A stretch of 64,000 bases of DNA, taken from NCBI GenBank assembly GCA_963847445.1, contig CAWJZV010000030.1, positions 544,001 through 608,000 on the forward strand, in the 5' to 3' direction. The notes beneath the pieces were generated by a model, which made no database searches, was not told where the DNA came from, and was given only the letters and a program-made list of their open reading frames with translations. Origin of the DNA: an uncultured delta proteobacterium (lineage in GTDB: Bacteria > Desulfobacterota > Binatia > UBA9968). Of the stretch, positions 56,840-64,000 are shown in pieces; position 1 is the first letter of the stretch, and every line of letters starts with the position of its first letter. A program made the translations under genes and the position numbers.

Positions 56840-56888
56840 CCCTTCGCCTCACCCTCTCCCGTTCCGGGAGAGGGCCGAGGCGAGAGGA
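56840..56888. repeat. CCCTCTCCC...GGGAGAGGG palindrome
   Basis: cctcaccctctcccgttccgggagagggccgagg. Confidence 0.75.
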
Positions 56889-56925
56889 TTTTTAATTTCA
56901 GTTTTAAGAAGGATCACGAGTAACT

Positions 56926-57926
56926 ATGAAAGCCTGCGCCATCGACGTTCATCACCATTACGTGCCGGAGAGTTTGCTGGAAGAGGCGAAGAAGCGCGGC
57001 CAACATCTCGGCGTTACCTTGACCGAGAAAGACGGCCATCGCTCGCTTTCTTTCGCCGGCGGACCGCCATTCCAATTGCATCCGGAGTTGCCGGCGATCG
57101 ACCAGCGGCTCAAGATGATGGAGGACTCCAAACTCGCCATGGCGGCGTTGGAAGCCCACACCGCGACCTTGGGCTACCGCCTCACCGGCGAGCAGGGCGA
57201 GAACTGGTGCAATGTCTACAACGACGGCATCGCCGAGTTGGTAAAAAAATATCCCGACCGCTTCGTCGGCATGGCATCGGTGCCGCTGCAAGATCCAGCG
57301 CGCGCGGCCAAGGTGCTGGAGCGCGCCGTGCGCGATCTTAACTTGCGCGGCGGCTATATCGGCACCAACGTCAACGGCAATTACTATGACTACCGACGAG
57401 TTCGATCCCTTCTGGGCCAAGGCGCAAGAGCTCGACGTCATGATCGTCATGCATCCCGAAGACGTCGCCGGCGCCGACAAAGATGAATCCCTACGGCTTG
57501 AAGCTCATCTGCGGCAACCCCGCCGACAGCGCGCTCTGCTTCGGCTACATGACTTACAGCGGCGTGTTCGACCGCTTTCCCAATCTCAAACTCTGCATCC
57601 TCCACGGCGGCGGTTTCTTCCCCTATCATCTCGGCCGCTTCGACCAGGGATGGCAGGTCCGCGCCGGCGCCCGCGCCGCCAAGGCCAAGATGGCGCCGAG
57701 CTCTTATCTAAAAAACATCTACTACGACAACATGATCTACCGCCTCGACACGATCAAATACCTGATCGGCCTCGGCGGCATCGACCACATCATGGTCGGC
57801 ACCGACTACCCCTACGATCTCGGCGATTGGGACGCGGCCAAGAAAGTCGAACAGCTCGATATCCCGGAAGCCGACAAGATGCTGATGCTGGAAGGCAACG
57901 CCAAGAAGCTTCTGCGAATTAAATAG
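56926..57926 (+). CDS. ACMSD-like amidohydrolase_2 decarboxylase/hydratase (frameshifted)
   Basis: IDVHHH, YPDRFVG, VPLQDP, MHP, HGGGFFP, GTDYPY. Confidence 0.85.
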
Positions 57927-57946
57927 CGACAACTCATATCTCGAAA

Positions 57947-57983
57947 ACAAAGGGCAGGCGTGGCAATCACGTCTGCCCTTTGT
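57947..57983. terminator. hairpin after the convergently ending gene cluster
   Basis: acaaagggcaggcgtg-gcaat-cacgtctgccctttgt. Confidence 0.55.
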
Positions 57984-58016
57984 CATTTCGGCGTGTCATG
58001 CGAAAATTCACTGTCA

Positions 58017-58288
58017 CCGCGAAGGCACGAAGGACACGAAGGTTTCGCATGGATCATTTCCGAACTTCGTGATCTTCGTGCCTCCTTCGAAAATACATGT
58101 GCGCGATGATCTGCGCGTCGATGAACGACTGCATCTGTTCCGTCATACCGGCGAAAGCCGGTATCCATCCCCCTCCCACCCCTGGATGCCGGCCTGCGCC
58201 GGCATGACGAGTCAAAGGAACATGTGCTGCTGGGAGGGTTGCAATTTCATATCCGTGGACGAGCGTAAGCTCATGAATCACTTCGTGG
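58017..58288. repeat. composite element: CACGAAG/CTTCGTG repeats, REPIN-like pair and conserved tail
   Basis: cgaaggcacgaaggacacgaagg...cttcgtgatcttcgtg; cgtcataccggcgaaagccggtatcca...tggatgccggcctgcgccggcatgacg; gacgagcgtaagctcatg. Confidence 0.8.
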
Positions 58289-58298
58289 TGAACAAGTC

Positions 58299-59110
58299 TT
58301 AACGGGACACTAAAATGCCGCGAAACTTACTGTCCACCCCGGACTTCCGGGCGAAACCTTCCATGACCGCGCCATCAACCTTGCCGGTATATTGCGTGCC
58401 GCCGGCAGCTAAATGCGATTTGGTCGCCACGCAGCCTGCCCGCTATCGGCACGGCGCCGTTGCCGCTCGTCAACGTGCCGGAAAAGCTTTGATAGTTTTG
58501 CTTAATGACGAGCTCGCCTTGGGGCAGTTTCCACACGCCGGCGACTTTCGCCGGCACGACCCAGAGACGGCCGGAGCAAAACTTTTCGCAGTTATCCGAA
58601 GTCGTAAAGCTCTGGTCGGGATTCCAGTCGCCGATGGCAAAGGTGTTGGCGACGATGCGCGCGCCGGCTTTAAGCGCCAGCAGCTTCGGCCGCAATCGGA
58701 TATTCATTTCCGGCGTCAGAAACAATACCACGACGCTGGCTTTCGAGATGTCCGCTGTCGAACACGTCACCGCGCTCGAATGTCGCGCGATCGCTGACCC
58801 GCTCCTTGGCCGCCAGGCTTTTCGAAAGTTCGACCAGCTCGCCGTTGTACTCGATGCCATGGGCGCGCGCGCCGCGCTTCGCCGCGGCGATGACGTTGCG
58901 CCCATCGCCGGAACCGAGATCGACGACGTAGTCTTGTGGCGTGACTGCCGCGACATCGAGCATTTTCTGCACCATTGACTCGGGATTGCCGACCCAGACG
59001 ACATCTTTACCGAGCTGGCCAGACTTGGGTTGGTAGGATTCACCAGCGAGGGATAGAGAAAAGCCCGCGAAGTCAAGACCAGCACGCCGGCACCGGCCTG
59101 AACTCGCCAT
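58299..59110 (-). CDS. class I SAM-dependent methyltransferase with N-terminal leader, copy 1 (frameshifted)
   Basis: KDVVWV, VDLGSGDGR, GIEY, RLRPKL, WVVPAKV. Confidence 0.85.
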
Positions 59111-59159
59111 CGTCGATCCTCGATCATCTATCCTCGATCCACGAATTTGTACGAGCGGA

Positions 59160-59983
59160 TTACTTACCCCGGCTGGCGGACCAGGTGCCGCCGGAACTCA
59201 AAGTTCCTTGCATACTGCCGCCGCTCACCTGGCCGGCGTAAACCACGCCGCCGGCATTGAAGAGAATCTGATCGCCCTTGAGCTTGCCGTTGGCGATCGG
59301 CGTGACATCGTTGCCAACTTTCAACGTGCCGCTAATGAATTGATAACTCTGCTGGAGCGTCAATTCTCCCTGCGCCAGTTTCCACGTCCCGGCAACCTTT
59401 GCCGGCACGATCCACAGGAGCGCCGTGCACCAGTTGACGCATTCGCTATCGAGGCTGTCGCTGCCGTCCTCGCGCCACTCGCCCATGGTGAAAGAGTTGG
59501 AAACGATGCGCGTGCCGGGTTTCAAGTCGAGGATCTTCGGCCGCAGTTTGAGATTGATCTGCGGCAGGAGAAACATCGTGATCACCGAGGCCTTGGAAAA
59601 GTCGCTCTCGAACAAATCTTCTTTGGCGAAGGTCGCCCGCTCGCTCGACGCCGGCTTTGGCGGCGTTGCGTTTCGACAGCTCGACCATCTCCGGGTTGTA
59701 TTCGATGCCGTGGGCGCGGGCGCCGCGCTTGGCCGCCATGATGACCGTGCGGCCGTCGCCCGAGCCGAGATCGATGACGTAATCGCTCGCCGTGACGTTG
59801 CCCAGGTTGAGCATCTTTTCGACCAGCTCGTCCGGCGTCGGCACCCAGACCACATCTTTTCCCGCCTGACCGACGCGCGGTTCATAGCCGCGCGCTGATT
59901 GGGCGCTAGATTCGCGCGCGCTTAAGCCAATCAGAATTATAAAGACGAACCGATACAACAGACGAGATCTTCATCAAGTTCAT
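59160..59983 (-). CDS. class I SAM-dependent methyltransferase, copy 2 (frameshifted)
   Basis: KDVVWVPTP, IDLGSGDGR, ITMFLL, LKPGTRIVSNSF. Confidence 0.85.
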
Positions 59984-60008
59984 ATCCCGTTCCTGATTAG
60001 AAAGATTA

Positions 60009-60811
60009 CTATTTACCCGCCCGGGTCGCTTTCCAACTGCCACCGCCCTTGACCACGCCTTCGATGGAGTTGCCGTTGACCCGGCCGGAGTATTCGACGC
60101 CGCCGGCACTGAAGCTAATCTGGTCGCCGTTGAGCTTGCCGTTGGCGATGGGACTGGACTTGAGCGTGCCGGTAACCATCTGGTAGGTCTGCTTCAGCGT
60201 CAACTCACCCTGGGAAGTTTGCCAGGTGCCTTCGACTTTCGCCGGCACGATCCACAGATGAGCGGTGCAATAGGACGCGCATCCCTCTTTGACGTTGGCG
60301 GTTTCATCCGCGCTCCAATCGCCCATGGTGAACGAATTGGACACGATGCGCGTGCCCGGTTTCAGATCGAGGATCTTCGGCCGCAGGCGAATGTTGATAT
60401 CCGGCAACAAGAACATGGTGATCACTTGCGCCTGGGAGAAATCGCTCTCGAATAAATCGGCTTTGACGAAACTCGCCTTGTCGCTGACGCCTTCCTTGGC
60501 GGCGTTGCGTTTGGACAGCTCGACCATGTCGGGATTGTATTCGATGCCGAGCGCTTTGGCGCCGCGCTTGGCGGCGGTGATCACCGTGCGGCCGTCGCCG
60601 GAGCCGAGATCGATGACGTAATCCTTCGCCGTCACCTTCGCCATGTCGAGCATCTTGTCGACCAACGCCTGCGGCGTCGGCACCCAGATGACATCCTTGC
60701 CTTCTTGGCCGACTTGCGGTTGGAACTCCTGAGCCGGCTTGGCCGGCATAAGAACTGCCGGCAAGCAGGATAAAAATACTGAAGAGCTGCGAAAATCATC
60801 GATGGTTTCAT
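60009..60811 (-). CDS. class I SAM-dependent methyltransferase, copy 3
   Basis: KDVIWVPTP, IDLGSGDGR, GIEYNPDMV, LKPGTRIVSNSF. Confidence 0.88.
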
Positions 60812-61021
60812 TGGCACTCCTTAAAATGATCGTTGCTTCAAACGTCGCACGGCGTAAATAAAATGTCCAGCACAATGCCCTGTCGGCGCCGGCCATGATC
60901 GATGCCATGCCATGCGATCGCTTGCTTGCTTCGCCGACTCCATCGATGATAAAAAATTGACGCGACGCACAGAACGGCGAGTTCGCACCGCACCAGATCA
61001 ATTTGAATTGGAGACCATTCC

Positions 61022-62178
61022 ATGCGCCAACGATCCGACTACCCGACCTTTTCCGACGACGAACTCAAGCGGCGCCATCAGGCTTTCTACGGTTTGATGG
61101 AGCAGGAAGGCGTCGACGCCGTGCTGATCTACGGCAGCGGCCGTTACTGCCTCGGATATCTATTGGCTGAGCGATTGGCCGAGCAGCCGCGAAGCCTATC
61201 TGCTGATGCAAGACCGGCAAAGCGCCGGTGATCTTGATGCAATTGTTCAATCACTACCCGATGGCGCGGGTGATGTCGTGGATCGAAGACCTGCGCTGGG
61301 CCGGCGCCAACACGACCAATAGCGTCGTCGATCTCTTCGCCGAGCGCGGTTTAGAGTCGAAAAAGATCGGCCTGGTCGGTGCGATTTCCTACCAAGTCTA
61401 TAACCGGCTGCGCGAGCAGTATCCCAACGCCAGCTTCGTCGATCTCGGCGGCAAGCTGCGCATGATGCGGACGATCAAGAGCTCGGCCGAGATCGAACGC
61501 ATCCAGCTCGCCTCCAAGCTGACCGATCAATCGATCCAAGCGCTGGCCGAAGGGCTCAGAGAAGGTATGCGCGAAGACGAGATTCCGGCGCTCATCGAAC
61601 CGGTCTATCTCAAGGCCGGCGGCTACGCCGGCATTCACTTCATCAGCAGCATGCCCATGCGCAGCCCCGACTTCTGCGTGCCGTCGCAATTCCATTCCAA
61701 TCGCAAGCTGCAAAAAGGCGACGCCTTGATCAGCGAAATCAGCGGCGCCTACTCCGGTTACAGCGGGCAGATTCACCGGACCTTTTCCATCGGCGAAGGG
61801 CCGACGCCGGAGTGGCAGAAAATGCACGACGCCGCCATGGAAGCTTTCGATGTATTGTCCAAGGTGATTAAAGACGGCGCGACGACTACCGAAGCCGAAG
61901 AAGCCGCCGAGATCATCCACCGGCGCGGCTACAGCACCTACGACGACCTGGTCCACGGCGTCAACCAATATCCGCCGATCTTCCAAACCAAGACGCGCAA
62001 ACGCCACGACTCCCGCGAAATCACCTTCCGCGAAAACATGGTCATCGTCATCCAGCCCAACCTGATGACCGACGACGAGAAAATGGGCCTGCAATTCGGC
62101 GAGACGCTGGTGGTCAAGAAAAACGGCTGCGAGAGTTTGAACGCCTACCCGCGACAATGGGTGACGTGCAAGGGCTAA
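61022..62178 (+). CDS. M24 (pita-bread fold) peptidase/creatinase-like hydrolase (frameshifted)
   Basis: FSDDELKRR creatinase-like N-domain, RTIKSSAEI, GYSGQIHRT, VHG, NMVIVIQP. Confidence 0.8.
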
Positions 62179-62186
62179 TTCTTCGC

Positions 62187-62257
62187 TCCACCACTCCTTT
62201 ACTCCATAGCTACCGACCGTATGAAGCGTTGGAGTGATGGAGTATTGGACTAATGGA
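62187..62257. repeat. ACTCCA/TGGAGT inverted short-repeat element
   Basis: ctccaccactcctttactcca...tggagtgatggagtattgg; relatives at 3208-3232 and 46024-46060. Confidence 0.7.
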
Positions 62258-62261
62258 AAGA

Positions 62262-63141
62262 TCACCGCACCAGCGAGATCACCACAGTTCCGCTGACACC
62301 ACGCAGACCGCGCCGATGATGGTTTGCCAGCGTCAGGCTTTCAATGTCGCGCAGAAACAACCAGGTGCCGAGCACGATCCACAGCGGGCTCGTGGCGACG
62401 ATCGGCGAGACCACGACGACGTGACCGACGCTCAGCGCCAGGATCACCAGCAGGATGCCCAGAGTTTCAAAAGTGCCGGCTAGAAGAAACGGCCCAAGGG
62501 CACGCCGGTCCCAGACTGGCTTCTGTTTTTGTCCCGGCAGCAACGTCGCACTGGCCAACCAAGGCAGCGCGACGATGCCGATCACCGCGGCAAGATAGAG
62601 CGGCTCGTTGGCGAGACCGAGCGTGTAGCGGCGCAACGGATGGCTGACACCGGCGAGCACGGCGGCGCCCAACGGATAGGCTAGATGCCACCAACGAAAC
62701 GATGGCGCGCGGTTATCCGCCTGCCATGAGATCAGCGTCACGCCGGCGACGATCAAGAGTCGTCCCGGCGATCACCGACAAACTAACCGGCTCGCCGAGG
62801 AAGAAGATCGCCAGCGAGGTGCTGAACAGCGGATGGGAACCGCGCAAAGTCGTTCCCGCCGCCGCGCCGACCAGATGAATGCCGGCATAGGTGAGGAAAC
62901 GCAGCACCGGCTGCAACAAACCGCTTAAGAAAAACAAAAACAGCACCCACCAGGAGACTTCCGGAATGCCGCGAAACATCAGCAGCGCGATCCACAACGT
63001 CACCGCGTGAATCGCCACCGACACCAGCGTCACGGTGATCGGCGTCGAGTAACGCAAGCCGCGCTTGGCCGCGATCCCCGAAATTGCGTAGGACAGCGCG
63101 GCGCCGAGGGCGATCAGTTGCGGCGGGATATCGGCGAGCAT
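62262..63141 (-). CDS. DMT/EamA-family transporter (frameshifted)
   Basis: Two hydrophobic EamA repeats, PLFSTSLAIFFLGE, VVSPIVATSPL. Confidence 0.85.
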
Positions 63142-63278
63142 CGAGAAGTCGTGGTCAGAAAAGTGGAGCGAATAGTTTTAGTGACGCGCATTCAATGGTT
63201 ATATCTGAACCGCAGCGATATGCCAGATGAGTTGTTGGGTTACGCTGCGCTAACCCAACCTACAGGCAGGCGTCCATC

Positions 63279-63369
63279 CGTCATACCGGCGTAGGCCGGT
63301 AATCCATCTTCGCCTGACGACTCGCAGGCTAGACAGAAAACCTGGATTCCGGCCTGCGCCGGAATGACG
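63279..63369. repeat. REPIN-like paired palindrome
   Basis: cgtcataccggcgtaggccggtaatcca...tggattccggcctgcgccggaatgacg. Confidence 0.85.
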
Positions 63370-63448
63370 AAAAGAAAAGCCGACATCGAACGGACAGATT
63401 CTAAACCTCGAGAATCGAGTTCCGACGCGCCAATTTTCGCCAACCGCG

Positions 63449-63478
63449 TTGACAGACTTCGACTCACTCGGATACGTT
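63449..63478 (+). promoter_or_regulatory. possible sigma70 promoter of the MFS gene
   Basis: TTGACA-N18-TACGTT; motif match only. Confidence 0.4.
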
Positions 63479-63523
63479 GAAAACTCAATCGCCACTGCCG
63501 CAACTCTCACAACCGATACACCG

Positions 63524-64000
63524 ATGACCGGCAAACTCACAGCGCAGCTCAATGGCCTATTCTACGGCTGGCGCATGGTCGCCGCCGGCTGCGCCATGCG
63601 CATGCTCGGCGGCGGCTTTCATCTCTACGGCTTTACGATTTTCTTTCTGCCGATCACCAACGAACTCGGTCTGTCGCGGGCGGCGACTTCGCTGGTTTTC
63701 TCCCTGGCGCGCGCCGAGGGCGCCATCGAAGGACCGCTCGCCGGTTACTTCATCGACCGCTACGGCCCGCGGCCGATGATGCTCGCCGGCATTATCTTGT
63801 CCGGCTTGGGCTACATGTTGCTCGCCACGGTAGATAGCTACGCGGCGTTTCTGATCGTTTATCTGGGCGTGATCTCGCTGGCGTTTTCCGCCGGCTTCAT
63901 GCATTCGCCGATGGTGCTGGCCAACTCTTGGTTTATCCGCCGCCGCGCCATGGCGATGACGCTGATCAGCAGCGCCATCGGTATCGGCGGCACGCTGATC
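63524..64000 (+). CDS. MFS transporter (runs off window)
   Basis: FYGWRMV, FFLPITNELGLSR, GYFIDRYGPR motif A, WFIRRRA. Confidence 0.88.
   Translation, partial: MTGKLTAQLNGLFYGWRMVAAGCAMRMLGGGFHLYGFTIFFLPITNELGLSRAATSLVFSLARAEGAIEGPLAGYFIDRYGPRPMMLAGIILSGLGYMLLATVDSYAAFLIVYLGVISLAFSAGFMHSPMVLANSWFIRRRAMAMTLISSAIGIGGTLI

Noticed and set aside
1-64000. Frameshifts as programmed frameshifting, phase variation or mass pseudogenisation
   Set aside because: Indels of 1-2 bp hit more than 30 genes of all classes with no shared slippery motif and with conserved protein sequence on both sides; long-read error is the simplest explanation (short-read polishing would decide).

Overview
GC-rich bacterial DNA. 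The gene content (many orphan solute-binding proteins, CoA-dependent catabolism, short-repeat-rich gene junctions) suggests Candidatus Binatia/Binatota, but this is inference only. More than 30 otherwise well-conserved genes are broken by 1-2 bp indels, which most likely reflects uncorrected long-read error, so many CDS calls join several ORF-track fragments and start codons are approximate. Left half (mostly minus strand): CoA-dependent acyl/aromatic-acid catabolism (acyl-CoA dehydrogenases, four crotonases including an HCHL-like one, a fused family-III CoA transferase, an acyl-CoA ligase, a thiolase-fold/DUF35 pair), orphan binding proteins, a duplicated hybrid kinase, and small cargo genes (DUF559, Phd/PIN). 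Right half (plus strand): a tripartite tricarboxylate transporter locus in which tctB (~32 kb) and tctA (~53.4 kb) are separated by 16 tandem tctC paralogues plus one remnant. Most striking observation: 10 of these tctC genes encode their signal peptide with a ~90-120 bp inverted-repeat element (GTTCAA-repeat arm, loop, TTGAAC-repeat arm) that also occurs free in intergenic DNA. The left arm gives the basic n-region, the loop the hydrophobic core and the right arm the segment before the cleavage site, and its presence does not follow mature-domain relatedness. The window ends with amidohydrolases, three tandem leader-bearing SAM methyltransferases, an M24-fold hydrolase, a DMT and an MFS transporter. 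No rRNA, tRNA, CRISPR array, integrase or transposase was seen.
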